A DNA stretch of 63,950 nt, the filler included, from Octopus bimaculoides (lineage: Eukaryota): assembly GCF_001194135.2 (NCBI RefSeq). It is 5 parts of 3 records of this genome, joined end to end, with 100 filler letters (N's around TTAATTAATTAA, not from the genome) between each part and the next. Parts side by side here need not be neighbours in the genome. Positions count along the whole stretch, not along the records: positions 27,359 to 51,677 come from NC_069000.1; 4 more parts are not named here. One strand, given 5' to 3'. The notes under the pieces are model-generated. The model was not told where the DNA came from, made no database searches, and worked only from the letters and a program-made list of their open reading frames with translations. Shown in pieces: positions 34,625 through 47,575 of the stretch (position 1 is the first letter of the stretch; every line of letters begins with the position of its first letter). The translations under genes and the position numbers were made by a program.

Positions 34625-36066
34625 GTAAGTCGGTCATGCAGTCCTGTAACTATTCGTGTATTGTTTTTGGTGTTGGAGTAAAGATTGCTTGCCAACATAA
34701 CATGGCAGTCCTTATATTGTTCGAACAAGAGAATCTAGCACATCCACTCAGCTCAAAATAATATCCTTGGGACCTGTCCATCTTCGCTACGAGTTGCTTT
34801 TGCAGTCTTCTTTGAACAACCAGATGTCACTTTACCTGCAAAGACAGAAAAAGGGAGAGGGGGGAGGAGAAAGAGACAGAAGGAGGGAGAGAGGAGAGAG
34901 AGAGAAAGCAGTATATTTGTGTAATCGATAAATCTTGAATGGCAAGACAGCATATTTCGTGATGTTTATAGTGTTCCATCTTAAAGTTGTTTTAAATGGA
35001 TTAAATGTCTCTTCTACATCTTCAGCATTCAAACTTAAATCAAATTATTCGCCGAAACATATCAGACTTACAAATTTTTAACCTTTGCATATTATTATAT
35101 AAAGAAGGGAGATAAGGAAGATTGGTCAAATTTTTTTATAGCTTTACAATGCAAGAGTTACCTCCCTCTAAAAAGTGTTGTTATTTAACCCCAGGTAAGT
35201 CACACTGGAGTAAATGTGGGACCGAAGACGTTAGCCATAGCTCTTTTGTCTTATATTTAGACACAATCTATCTAGGAGTACAACATCTAATTTTCTTTTT
35301 CGATATTTAATTCACTGTGGTGAGATAAGATGGATAAAAGGCTGCTATATCTAGCAGATTTGCGACCACAAACAGATTTGCGACCACAAACAGATTTGCT
35401 TGTGGGATCATAAAAATGTAACTTACGAGGAATTCAACGAGGAACTCAACGAGGAAAGTGCTCTAAGGGTCACACAAAATGCTAGACATAGCACTCAAAT
35501 CTTTCTTTCATTGCACCATCAAGAATAAAATAATTGTACGATATAGTTTTACATTTACCTAAAAAATGTTTAAATAAACAACCAGCAGGGTGGTCGTATG
35601 GGAATGTTTTTGTGCGTAGAGTTCAAATCCCGCCAAGGTCGATAAACAAAATATCAATCAAATACTGGGAGCGATTCTTCTCCCTAACTCTCTCCCTGTC
35701 TCCTCCACTTCCCTCTCTCTTCCATCATTTCCTGTTTGCTCTTCTCTCCTCCATCTTTTTTCTCTCTCTCTTCCCAACCTTTCTCTTTACCTTTGCCTCT
35801 TTCTCCTATCTCTCTTCTCTTCTCCATCTCTGTCTTTCCCTCTGTCCCTCTCGCCTCTACTCTCTCTCTGTCTATCTTTCACACTCTCTCTCTCTCACCT
35901 CCCATTTCTCCCTTTGTCTATATCTCTCTCATCTTCCTCTTTCTCGCTTTTCTCTCTCTTTTTCTTCATTCCCTCCCTCTCCCTCTTCTCTCTCCCCCTT
36001 TCCGCCTTCATTCCCTTTCTTTTACTCCTCTCCATTCACACCAATCCTCTCTCTTCCCTCCGACAG

Positions 36067-36237
36067 TCCACCAAGAGACCATCAACCAGAACCAAATCAA
36101 GATCGCAGCTGATGTCGGCCTCTTCACTCGTAACATCAAGGTGATTGGCAAAGACTACAACAACCTCTACAAGGAAATGTTTGGCGCCAGGATCATTGTC
36201 GGAGTGACTCAAACGGAACAAGACAAAGTATTTGTCG
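36067..36237 (+). CDS. PKHD1L1: Fibrocystin-L exon (VHQETI...AADVGLFTRNIKVIG...FGARIIVG)
   Basis: acag acceptor after a long CT tract, g|gtgagt donor, 171 nt. AADVGxxxRNIK is conserved. Confidence 0.95.
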
Positions 36238-36332
36238 GTGAGTAACATTACAGGCTGCTGCTCATACTCAGATATGAAAAATATTCTAACTTAATTTTAA
36301 TCTCTCTCTCTCTTTCTCTTTCTTCTACCCAG

Positions 36333-36569
36333 GTTACATACGACTTAGCAATGTCGAGTTCTATCACTCAGGCCAATATGGTTGGGCCACCAAAAACGAC
36401 CCACGTTACTCGGTGGCTTTGCATAATTTAGGCACAATAGACCATAGGCTACGTCCTACTTACGTGAGAAACTGTTCGTTCCATGACGGCTTCTCCACTG
36501 CCATCGGAATTTATAGCAGCCATACGGTCACTATAGACAACAACATTATTCACCACACAATCGGATCAG
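36333..36569 (+). CDS. PKHD1L1: Fibrocystin-L exon, beta-helix region (GYIRLSNVEFYHSGQ...DPRYSV...DNNIIHHTIGS)
   Basis: 95-nt intron upstream, ccag acceptor, g|gtcagt donor, 237 nt. SNVEFYHSGQ matches the recalled human motif. Confidence 0.95.
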
Positions 36570-36882
36570 GTCAGTACACAACTTCTCTTCATTAACAGGA
36601 ACAGTTTTTGATTTTACCACACCTAGATAGACATATATATATATATATATANNNNNNNNNNNNNNNNNNNNNNNNNNNNNNNNNNNNNNNNNNNNNNNNN
36701 NNNNNNNNNNNNNNNNNNNNNNNNNNNNNNNNNNNNNNNNNNNNNNNNNNNNNNNNNNNNNNNNNNNNNNNNNNNNNNNNNNNNNNNNNNNNNNNNNNNN
36801 NNNNNNNNNNNNNNNNNNNNNNNNNNNNNNNNNNNNNNNNNNNNNNNNNNNNNNNNNNNNNNNNNNNNNNNNNNNNNNNNNN

Positions 36883-36932
<50 letters not shown>

Positions 36933-37036
36933 TGCTATTTCCTGTATGCTATATATACTTGTAATTCCTGGTGTTTTTGTTGTGTATTTGTCTGAATGTT
37001 TTCTTTTTGTTCTTTTTTCATCATACCTAATGTACC

Positions 37037-37117
<81 letters not shown>

Positions 37118-37126
37118 CCCTTACAG

Positions 37127-37501
37127 GAATTATTTCCAATTCTGACAACACGACACTACTAAACAACTTGGTAACATTAGTGATATGTCCAGATGTCTAC
37201 GTATGGGGGCTGAACTTCAAAGGCGGAATTAAATGGCAGGCCGGCATCGAAGCAATCCAAGTAGAAGGACTCGATTTACGAAATAACATTGTGGCCGGCA
37301 GCCAACGTATTGGTTACCGAATTAACGGTGAATACTGTACAGAAGTTTCTAGCTGGACGGGCAACATCGTGAGAGGTGCTTTGCTAGGAATTGCAGTTTT
37401 TGATTTCGATGTCAGCTCCAAGAAAACCGAGTGCGTTAAATATACCGGCTTCCAAATTTCCCGTTGTACAGATGCGGGCATATATCATAATAACAGACCA
37501 G
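37127..37501 (+). CDS. PKHD1L1: Fibrocystin-L exon, PbH1 repeats (GIISNSDN...RNNIVAGSQRIGYRINGEYC...NNRP)
   Basis: ttacag acceptor, g|gtgagt donor, 375 nt phase 1-1. Confidence 0.93.
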
Positions 37502-37553
37502 GTGAGTCAGAAATTCTAAGGTGAAACAATCTTACCCCACTTTTTTCCTTTCC

Positions 37554-37609
<56 letters not shown>

Positions 37610-38354
37610 NNNNNNNNNNNNNNNNNNNNNNNNNNNNNNNNNNNNNNNNNNNNNNNNNNNNNNNNNNNNNNNNNNNNNNNNNNNNNNNNNNNNNNNNNNN
37701 NNNNNNNNNNNNNNNNNNNNNNNNNNNNNNNNNNNNNNNNNNNNNNNNNNNNNNNNNNNNNNNNNNNNNNNNNNNNNNNNNNNNNNNNNNNNNNNNNNNN
37801 NNNNNNNNNNNNNNNNNNNNNNNNNNNNNNNNNNNNNNNNNNNNNNNNNNNNNNNNNNNNNNNNNNNNNNNNNNNNNNNNNNNNNNNNNNNNNNNNNNNN
37901 NNNNNNNNNNNNNNNNNNNNNNNNNNNNNNNNNNNNNNNNNNNNNNNNNNNNNNNNNNNNNNNNNNNNNNNNNNNNNNNNNNNNNNNNNNNNNNNNNNNN
38001 NNNNNNNNNNNNNNNNNNNNNNNNNNNNNNNNNNNNNNNNNNNNNNNNNNNNNNNNNNNNNNNNNNNNNNNNNNNNNNNNNNNNNNNNNNNNNNNNNNNN
38101 NNNNNNNNNNNNNNNNNNNNNNNNNNNNNNNNNNNNNNNNNNNNNNNNNNNNNNNNNNNNNNNNNNNNNNNNNNNNNNNNNNNNNNNNNNNNNNNNNNNN
38201 NNNNNNNNNNNNNNNNNNNNNNNNNNNNNNNNNNNNNNNNNNNNNNNNNNNNNNNNNNNNNNNNNNNNNNNNNNNNNNNNNNNNNNNNNNNNNNNNNNNN
38301 NNNNNNNNNNNNNNNNNNNNNNNNNNNNNNNNNNNNGTGCCTATAATAGGAAGG

Positions 38355-38400
<46 letters not shown>

Positions 38401-38465
38401 ATTATCATCATCATCCTCATCATCCTCATCATCATCATCATTATTATTATTATTTTTATTTGCAG

Positions 38466-38804
38466 GATTTATTGTTGAGAAATGCATTTTTATCGAGAAC
38501 TCTTTGGGTGTGTTTCCATTTGTGATTGGTCCGCCATCTTTGACCCATCAGACCAGTTCCAAAGAAGTGGTAATCAGAGATTCAACCTTTGTCGGCCTTA
38601 CCTCTTCGTATGACTGCTCCATTGACCGTCTCAGCAAAGCTGACCCCAACATTGCCTATAGCAGCCTGTCTCGCTCCAACACCGATGGTTGGACAGTAGC
38701 AATTGTGTGCCCAACGTATACATCAGGTTCCAACAAAGCCCCGGACAAGCCATTCTTTAATATTATGTCCTACCCTGCCATCGATGGAGTGATGAAGATC
38801 CACG
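38466..38804 (+). CDS. PKHD1L1: Fibrocystin-L exon (GFIVEKCIF...IMSYPAIDGVMKIH)
   Basis: tgcag acceptor, g|gtaaga donor, 339 nt. SNKAPDKP..IMSYPAIDG resembles human HNMAPRKP..IMSYNAISG. Confidence 0.93.
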
Positions 38805-39529
38805 GTAAGATCTGGTTTGCAAATATTACATCACAAACGACTGTGATGTCTCATTCAGATTTGATAGAAACTAAATCTTGAATGTATCTGGGGCACCAAA
38901 AGACCTCATGAACACAAGACATCCAGTAATTTAGCTCAGGTATTATTGTGCTATGTAGGGCAAACATTTAATTAAAATTATCAGTAGTCTAGTGTTTTGA
39001 AAATCAAACAAATGTGAAACCGGTTTGTAAATGTATCAGTATTAATACAAATAACTCAGGCGACAAGCTGAAAGAATGGTTGCTGCACTGAACAAAATGC
39101 TTAGCAACATTATCTTCTGATTTTATATTCTAAGTTGAAATTCTAGAGAGGTTGGTTTTGCTTTTCATCCTTTCAAAGACAATAAAATAAGTATCAGTTG
39201 AGCACTGGGATTGATATAATCGACTTACTCCTTCTCCTGAAATTGCTGGCCTTGGGCCAAAATTTGAGACTAATATTGATATACGATAAATAGATCTCTA
39301 TGCATTTTCAAATGCATTTATTTCTCCTATCCTTTCTGACGTATTGTGGCAAGTGGAGTAATCTGGAGATGCTGTCGATAATCGATTCAACTGTAAGTTC
39401 GCTGATTTCGAAACGTTCGTAATGGAATATCTGAAAACCCAGCCATTTGTTTTCTGCTTCTTCTTTTAACCCTTATACATTCATATATCTATAAATTTAT
39501 ACGTGTGTGTGTGTGTGGTGTTATTTTAG

Positions 39530-39698
39530 GGGTGACGTTTGCACATTTCAACAGCCGATGTGTGAACAAGATGAAGACAGTTGTACTAAAATCTGCGCCT
39601 TTCAATGAAGATGGTCAACATCCAGTACATATGCATCAATGCAGAAAAGTTGACGTTGACACTAACAGCCTCGTTTTCATCCAGAGGCCAAACGTTAA
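39530..39698 (+). CDS. PKHD1L1: Fibrocystin-L exon (GVTFAHF...NEDGQHPVH...FIQRPNVK)
   Basis: ttttag acceptor, aa|gtaaga donor, 169 nt. NEDxQHP is conserved. Confidence 0.93.
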
Positions 39699-39734
39699 GT
39701 AAGAATTTCTTCATTCTTTTGGTCTTTAATAATC

Positions 39735-40019
39735 TATGCACCTCTGTGTGTGTTTGTATGTATGTGTGCTTGTATGTTTGTGTGTGCATTTGTGTGTGTG
39801 TTTGTGTGTTTATGTGCGTGTTTGTGTGTGTGTGTGTGTATTTGTGTGTGTGTGTTTGTGTGTATTTGTGTGTGTGTTTGTGTGTTTATGTGCGTGTTTG
39901 TGTGTTTGTGTGTTTATGTGTGTGTGTGTGTGTGTTTGTGTTTGTGTTTGTGTGTTTGTATGTGTGTTCATGTGTGTGTTTGTGCTTGTGTTTGTGTGTG
40001 TGCGTTTGTGTGTATGTGA

Positions 40020-40089
<70 letters not shown>

Positions 40090-40095
40090 TGTGTG
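39735..40095 (+). repeat. Compound degenerate (GT)n / (GTTT) satellite in an intron
   Basis: About 360 bp of GT repeat with interspersed ttt and tat variants. Confidence 0.95.
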
Positions 40096-40209
40096 TAGGT
40101 CTATGCATTAGAATACATACATAAGACAAAACATGGAAATCTGCACATGCACTGGCTCCAAATACTGCACACATACACATGCACAAATACCCTGTTGATG
40201 TTGTTGAGA

Positions 40210-40685
40210 TGGTGAGCTGGCAGAACCATTAGCACACCGGGCGAAACAGCGGTATTTTGTCTGCCTTAACGTTGAGTTCAAATTCCGCCGAGGTCGACTT
40301 TGCCTTTCATCCTTTCGGGGTCGATAAATTGATTATCAGTTGCGTACTGGGGTCGATCAAATCGACTGGCCTCTTCCCTCAAAATTTCGGGCCTTGTGTC
40401 TAGAGTAGAAAGGAATTGGGTCGATGTAATCGACTTAATCCCTTTATCCTTGTTTGTCCCCTCTATGTTTAGCCCCTTGGGGGCAATAAAGAAATAAGAA
40501 ACGTTAGCACGCCGAGTGGTATTTCATTTGTCTACCATCTGAGTTCAAATTCCGCCGAGGTCGACTTTGCCTTTCATCCTTTCGGGGTCGATAAATTAAG
40601 TACCAGTTGCGTACTGGAGTCGATCTAATCGACTGGTCCCCCTCCTCCAAAATTTCGGGCCTTGTGCTTAGAGTAGAAAAGAATA
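40210..40685 (+). mobile_element. Two tandem family-A SINEs, near consensus
   Basis: gagttcaaattccgccgaggtcgactttgcctttcatcctttcggggtcgataaatt occurs twice. Confidence 0.85.
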
Positions 40686-40886
40686 TCTCCCTGTCTTGCT
40701 ATCACATGCCTTGATATCACATTGTCACAACATGCCCAAATGTTGATATCCTCATCTTCTAATATTGATATTACTATGCCTTGATACGTCGATGTCNNNN
40801 NNNNNNNNNNNNNNNNNNNNNNNNNNNNNNNNNNNNNNNNNNNNNNNNNNNNNNNNNNNNNNNNNNNNNNNNNNNNNNNNNNNNNN

Positions 40887-41090
40887 ATGGTCAAAAGAAA
40901 GTGTTAATCTTGGACTCCGACGGCAGTTTTATTGATAGCGGCGACTCCCCAATCAGTGTGTTCTCTGTCTCTGAGTGGGAGTGGGGCGGGGACAAGCGCC
41001 GAGGGCTCGGCGACTACCGGATCCCCAAAGAAGCCCGAGCGTATCCAAATGGCTCCAAAATGCCAATTGAAGAATTAGCAACAGGAAGAG
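40887..41090 (+). CDS. PKHD1L1: Fibrocystin-L exon, 5' end lost in an N gap (DGQKKVLILDSDGSF...GLGDYRIPK...ATGR)
   Basis: GLGDYRIPK signature; g|gtaagt donor. Confidence 0.92.
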
Positions 41091-41755
41091 GTAAGTCGAT
41101 GGATGCTGCGAGAATTAGAATGTTCCATGTGTGTGTGTGTGTGTGTGTTTATTGGAGACAGATGTGGTTTTGACGGTGGTGATGATGATGATGGTGCAGG
41201 TGGTAGTTGTCATGATGGTGAGGGGGGCAGTGGTGGCGCGGCGGCGCCGGTGGTGGTGTCACTGATGTTAATTTTGTTTTTAATTCCAGGTCACCCTCGG
41301 TCAAGAGAATCCATGATCAAAACGGTTCTTTCTGTGATCATCTTTTGTTTTTGTGTGTGATCCTGTGGTTTAGCCATTGCAGTGCTTCTCTCACGATCAT
41401 GGTTTCGATTCCCGTATTGGGTAGTTAGTTGTGTTCTTGAGCAAAACACTTTGTTTCAAATCGCTGCAGTTCACTCAACTGTAAAACGAATTCCAACAAT
41501 GTCTGAGAAGTTAACCCTGGGGCGAAATAGTCATTTGTGAATGTGAGTTTGGAGAGAAGGGAAGGAAGTAAGAGTGGTAACGTCTGTCTTCACGTTCTGA
41601 GTTCAAATGCCGCCGTATTTTAATTCATAGAGTACGACACAGAACGTCTTCTGTAAGTGCATGACATGAGTCAGCACCAAGATCTCTTTTCCTCTCTACA
41701 AACGCAGTAATTTTGTTTTAAACGCTTTTGTTTTTATTTTCATGAATCTTTTCAG

Positions 41756-42001
41756 GAATTATTCGAAACCCCAACTGCGTGCTCCGAAACCAGTGGCAGG
41801 CTTATCAATGCAACAACAGTGAATACGCCATGATGATAATTGAAAGTTTGGACGAGGACACAGAGACGCGACGACTTTCGCCAGTTGCCATCGTTGGTAA
41901 CAAATACATAGACTTGATCAACGGTCCGCAGGACCACGGCTGGTGTTCGGGTTATACGTGCCGCAAGAGAATTTCCACTTTCATGGCCATCGTTGACCCC
42001 A
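41756..42001 (+). CDS. PKHD1L1: Fibrocystin-L exon (GIIRNPNC...IESLDEDTETRRLSPVA...NGPQDHGWCSGYTCRKR)
   Basis: tttcag acceptor, a|gtgagt donor, 246 nt. Highly conserved PKHD1L1 signature. Confidence 0.97.
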
Positions 42002-42319
42002 GTGAGTTACGTTATACATTTTCAGACCGAATTTCCCCCCCCTCCTCCTCCTCCTCCTCCTCCTCCTACTACTACTACTACTATTACTACTACTACTACT
42101 ACTACTACTGCTACTACCACTACCTTTTTTACTACTACTACTACTAATACTACTACATATGACGGAAATGATGGAGTGATGGTCACTGTATTTAAGATAA
42201 CTCTCTTGTAATTTGTCATTTGACAAAAAAAATATGCAAATATTTTTTGATGTTTGTCATTTTATATTTCTACTTATTTTTGTTTCTTTTCGTTTTTTTT
42301 TTAATTTTATTTTTTGCAG

Positions 42320-43077
42320 CCTACCCATTTGATATTTATTTTTCAAGCATCACCCCGCAGAAACTCCGTCTCCATCTATTAAACAGCGACAAGAAGATCT
42401 CAGTGTCGGTATACTACCAAGTTCCAAATAGACAAGATGTCTACGATTACACAAATACTTTTATCCTACCGAAAAGCGCTTACATGGACAACGGTGAGAT
42501 GAAATACAAGACGGTGAAAGAGTCAAACCGAAAAACATTTCTACCGACCACTGCTGATGTGGTGGCCGAGAATTTCTTTGACCGTTGGGAACAGAAAGTC
42601 TACGTGATTGTTGAAGGAGGGAAACCGGTAGATATTCGTGTCAACCCGATTGTGGTGGTTACTTTCTCTTTCGGGGGAGTAAGTGAGAGCGAATTCTTTG
42701 GAGAAAATCTGGTCAGAAACTTGGCACTTTTCCTCGGTATTCCCGCTAGTAAGGTGAGGATCGTAGATATTGTTAAAGAAGGTGCTGCCAGACGTAAGAA
42801 ACGAGCTGTGTCCGGGGTGAAAGTCACCACGGAGATCGGGGATCAGCCGTCTAATGAGAGTAACGTTACAAACTCCAGCGTTCCTACCAACAGTTCTTTG
42901 TCGTCTCAAAGTTTGCAGAACATCTCGTCGCAGTTGGTGAACAGCCGACAGTTAAAATCTTTGGATCAACACCTTAAATACCAAATAGTCAGTATGGCAA
43001 TGACCCCTCCTGTGGTTCCAGTCACTGATCCTAACTGGAGTAAGACACAACAGACGAACTCTACTTTCACAGTCAAG
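42320..43077 (+). CDS. PKHD1L1: Fibrocystin-L exon including the RRKKR proprotein-convertase site
   Basis: ttgcag acceptor, aag|gtaaat donor, 758 nt. NLVRNLALFLGIP resembles human NLVKNLALFLKIP. Confidence 0.95.
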
Positions 43078-43080
43078 GTA

Positions 43081-43119
<39 letters not shown>

Positions 43120-43134
43120 TTAACTCTTTATTGC

Positions 43135-43665
43135 CCACAAGGGGAGCTAAACACAGAGGGGACAAACAAGGACAGACAAAGGGACTAAGTCGATAACATC
43201 GACCCCAGTGCGTAACTGGTACTTATTTAATCGACCCCGAAAGGATGAAAGGCAAAGTCGACCTCGGCGGAATTTGAACTCAGAACGTAGCAGCAGACGA
43301 AATACCACTAAGCATCTCGCCTGGCGTGCTGTTTCTGGTACTTACTTTATCGACCTCGAAAGGATGAAAAGCGAGGTCGACATCGGCGGAATCTGAACTC
43401 AAAACGTAAAGACAGATGAAATGCCACTAAGCATTTTGTCCGGCGTGCTGAGGATTCTGCTAGCTCGCAGCCTTCAACAACAACAACAAAAATAATTGTT
43501 TGTAATTTAGTCACATAGCTGGTACTTGGTTGGTACTTTATTTTATCGACCCTGAAAGGATGAAAGGTAAAGCTGGTCTCGGTGGAATTTGAACTCAGAA
43601 CATAAAGACAGACAAAATACTGCTAAGCTTTTTGTCCGATGTGCTAACGATTCTTCCAGCAATCT
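43135..43665 (-). mobile_element. Chain of three to four truncated family-A SINEs
   Basis: Repeated atcgaccccgaaaggatgaaaggc...gaactcag units. Confidence 0.85.
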
Positions 43666-43694
43666 CATTAAAATTTCTTTTACTTTTTTCACAG

Positions 43695-43790
43695 GTACCG
43701 GACAAACTGAAGCTGGTTATTAGCCCGAAGGTGTCCTACGAAGGCGGAGTATTTAATCAGGGGCCATGCCTTCAATTCTTAGATACCTCG
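43695..43790 (+). CDS. PKHD1L1: Fibrocystin-L exon (VPDKLKLVISPKVSYEGGVFNQGPCLQFLDTS)
   Basis: acag acceptor, tcg|gtgagt donor, 32 codons, phase 0-0. Confidence 0.88.
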
Positions 43791-44563
43791 GTGAGTATTT
43801 TCTTAAGAAGGTGTCTCTACTGAGATATTATATCCATGCAGACGTATATACAGGTGTTTGTGATATGACTATGATGTACATTAGTGTGTGTGTATGTGTG
43901 TGTAACGTAATTTTTCTTTTCAATTACAAAACCTTCAGATACTGGTATAACTTCAGCCTCATAGACGACTGCGTCTATCAAATACACCTGTTCAAGTGAG
44001 CAGGTTCCAGGGTCTCAACAGTTACAACTGGAAGTGGGCTCTTGATGAGACCTGTGATTGACAACGTCCTTTGTATTGGGCAGCAACTGTATGACATTTT
44101 TATCGAAAGCCTATTAAAAAATATTTTTGTATATATGGTTTACTGGAAAATGCTTATCTAATAATGCCAAGAATTTCTTGCCTACGTTAGTTTTAACATT
44201 TACGGAGAATTGGGAAGCGAACCATATTATTTTCCTGAGTCCATCTTTAGGTTTTTTAGTTTTTATTGAAGAGGTGTAATATATCTTATCTTTGAAACTG
44301 CTGTTAGTTAAGGCATTCTTATAGTCGGGGTTGCTTTATTGAAAAACGTCATTTTAACGTCTACTTTTCCATGCTTGCTTGGGTCGGATGGAATTTGTGG
44401 AGTAGTTTTTGTATGGCTGAATGCTTTTCCTGTCACTAAACTTCACCTGTTTCCAAGTCAGTTACTTCTCCAAGAACAGGCATCTTTTCATAAGATTATT
44501 ATTATCAATATTGTTGCTGTTGTTATTTTATTTATTGCTAATATTATTATTATTTTATTCTAG

Positions 44564-44938
44564 GGTAACCCATTAAACATCCTTGGAACTCCTGAAAATC
44601 CATGGCGCATTTCGGCCACTTTAGTAAAGGGCAAAGGTAGCCATGCCAACGCTGTCCTATCGGGAACGACCGAAGTTTCGCTGTATGACGGCTGGGCCAA
44701 CTTCACAAATATTGCTATATCTCACAAAGGCTCTGACTATGGCCTTACATTCCAAGTTAGTTATCCCTCTGATGCTGGAAAATTCGCTGCTAAAGTAGAA
44801 CCATCATTAATCGTGCCAAAACGGCCACTTTCATTGATGATAACACCATCGCAGTTTGTTGCAGGGAAGAGTAAAAACTTGAATATAATTCTCATCGACA
44901 TCATCACAAAGCTGACAATCCCTAATATAAAATGGAGG
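44564..44938 (+). CDS. PKHD1L1: Fibrocystin-L exon (GNPLNILG...LSGTT...GWANFTNI...NIKWR)
   Basis: ttctag acceptor, agg|gtgagt donor, 125 codons. LSGTT..WANFT resembles human LSGNT..WANYT. Confidence 0.92.
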
Positions 44939-45049
44939 GTGAGTTTGGTTTTAGATTTATTAGCAAACACTACCATTAATATGGCATTTTTAGCTTTTGT
45001 TTCTTATATTTACAGGGCTGGTGCCAGACATTTTGTACCTTAGACCAAC

Positions 45050-45285
45050 CTACAATGTTTGTCCTCTTCACCAAGCTCGAAAATATGTACCCCCTTCTTG
45101 CCTGATAACATGTTCCCTTTTCTCGCTACAATGTGCACCCACTTCTTTCAGCCTTACAATGTATACTCCTTCTAGTTCTACAATGTGCCCTTCCGTCTCC
45201 AACCCTTACAATGTGTTCCCCCTTCTAACTCTCCCTGTATTGTGCAGCCCATTCTCCCAACCTTGTAATGTGTGCCCCATTATAT
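45050..45285 (+). repeat. Degenerate ~25-32-bp minisatellite (tacaatgtg..ccttc)
   Basis: About eight variant units next to the Helitron fragment. Confidence 0.6.
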
Positions 45286-45344
45286 AAGAAAAAAACATGA
45301 AATAATTGAAGTAGAAAAAGATGGATTTCATATACGAACTTCTG

Positions 45345-45655
45345 TTTGTTCTTCAAGCTGCATTCCAGCAACTTTTAGTGTTTGGCCCTGAGTTTTATTA
45401 ATGCGCATGGCAAAAGAAAGTGGGATAGGGAGCTGTAAGGGCTTAAATTGGAATGGGACATTAGATGATGTAACTGGAATGCAAGGAACGAAGACAGTGT
45501 CACCTTTACCATGACCAGTGAAAACATTTGCCTCAATACAGTTCCTCATATATTTGTGCACAATTGGTGTTGTACCATTGCATAATCTTTGTTGAGACAA
45601 ATTTGGCAAAAGCATAAAAGGAGATATAGAAAAAGCATAATAGCTTCCCTTGAAC
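45345..45655 (-). mobile_element. Helitron RepHel (Pif1-like helicase) C-terminal fragment in a PKHD1L1 intron
   Basis: PFMLLPNL..LCNGT..IEANVFTG..KGDTVFVP.IP..SNVPFQFK.LQ.PI.LSFAM.INKTQGQTLKVAG covers helicase motifs including FAMTINKSQGQ. Confidence 0.88.
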
Positions 45656-45893
45656 CATTTACTTTCATTTTGGTAGACAAACAAACAAACAAACACACAA
45701 ACGGACAGAATCTCTCTTATATATATATATATATATATACACATTTTTCCATTAAAGTTAATACAGAATTACAGATAGTATTTATAGAATTTTGATTTAC
45801 GGTCGGGTGACCTTGGTGAGCCCCCATCGTAGATAGATGGACAAACAGATAAATAAGTACTGCATAATTATATTTCTTTATATTTTAAAACAG

Positions 45894-46296
45894 AAACACA
45901 AATGGCAGGTGAAAGCTGTACTGGTAAAGCCATACCTGTACTATGGTTCCGTGTACAACATCGACACAGAAGTGAAAGAGGACACGGTCAACAACCAGTT
46001 GGTTTTCAACGATATAATGTTTACGAAACCAGGCGTCTACATCATCCAACTGACCACCACGTCGACACCGGATGAATACACGATCGTTGCCGAGGAAGAA
46101 ATTCGAGTGAAGCAGTCGCACCTTCTGGTGTTTAGCGACCCCGTGTCAAGTTCAATTAAGATACTCGTTGACATCGACTACAACAAGGTTGGGCCAGCCA
46201 ATGAAAAGTATTTCCGGGTGTTAATGGAGAACTACTTAATTTATAAGTACCCAAAGGTCACTTTTCCAGAGGTACTGGTGTCCGAATCGGAAAATA
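45894..46296 (+). CDS. PKHD1L1: Fibrocystin-L exon, C-terminal extension (KHKWQVKAVL...VSESEN)
   Basis: aacag acceptor, a|gtaagt donor, 403 nt open; phase matches both neighbours. Confidence 0.87.
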
Positions 46297-46612
46297 GTAA
46301 GTAACTTGATTAACAACCTTCTTTATTTAATCTTTAATTATATAATTCGTATAATAATTAAAATAATAATCTGTAAAGGTTGTGCCTATAATAATTGGTG
46401 CATAGGGAACTGTAAACATATAAGACTAATGATTGAAGGAGATTGGACTAGAATATCCTGCAGGGCTTCTGTAGAAAGTTTGCCTGAAAGGGACAGAAAA
46501 GATTATTAGGAGGGTTCTAAGCAGTTGAAGGACTATTGAAAGCAAGTGGATACCTTAGGTTACAGGTAGTAACCTGCTTCTCACGTAAATAAGACCGAAC
46601 CCGAGTCAAATC

Positions 46613-46652
<40 letters not shown>

Positions 46653-46762
46653 TCATTATTATTATTATCATCATCATTTTTTTAAAGTAGCAGTTATGCA
46701 CTGGGGTCAATGTAATCGACTTAATCCCCACCCCAAGCTGCCCTTGTGGCAAAAATTTGAGA

Positions 46763-46832
<70 letters not shown>

Positions 46833-46849
46833 GATTAAGATTAAGGTGA

Positions 46850-47460
46850 CTTGCTGGCAGAATCGTTAGCCTGCCGGGCAAAATTCTTAACGGCATTTCA
46901 TCCGTGCTCATGTTCTGAGTTCAAACTCCACCGAGGTCGACCTTACCTTTCATCCTTTCGGGGTCGATAAATTAAGCACCAGTGAAACAATGGAGGTCGA
47001 TATAATTGACTGGCCCCTCCACTTAAATGTCGGGACGTGTGCCTATAGTAGAAAGGATTATTATTATTATCAAGATGGTGAGCTGGCGGAATCTTTACCA
47101 TGCCGGACAAATCACTTAACAGCATTTCGTCCGACTTTACGTTCTAAGTTCAAATTCCACCGTGGTTGACTTAGCCCTTCATCCTTTTGAGATCGATAAA
47201 ATAACATTGGAGCCAATGTAATCGACTTAACCCTCCCCTCAAAACTGCTGGCCTTATTATTCCTTAAAATGATGAATTAGAAGAATTGTTATTACATTGC
47301 ACAAAATGCTCAAAGACATTTCTTCTGGTTCTCTACGTTCTAAGTTCAAATTCCACCGACGTCAACTTTGCATTTCATCCTTTTTTTTTTTGTTTTTGAT
47401 GAAATGATGTACCAGTCAACTATTGGGGTCGATGTAAATGACTTATCTCCTCGCTCATGT
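46850..47460 (+). mobile_element. Three family-A SINE copies in tandem
   Basis: ctggcagaatcgttagc...gttct(g/a)agttcaaa repeated. Confidence 0.8.
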
Positions 47461-47575
47461 CTCTTCCTTGTCGTTCCATCTCTCGTACTTCTTTCCCTGT
47501 CGTTTCTTTCACACCGTTCTGTCCCTGACATTTCTCTCTCTCTCTCTCTTTCTCTCTTTTCTTCCCTCCACCCAG

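Noticed and set aside
40210-47460. Regularly recurring SINE cores as a CRISPR-like array
   Set aside because: Spacing is irregular, the units are long and diverged tRNA-derived SINEs, and the context is eukaryotic intron.
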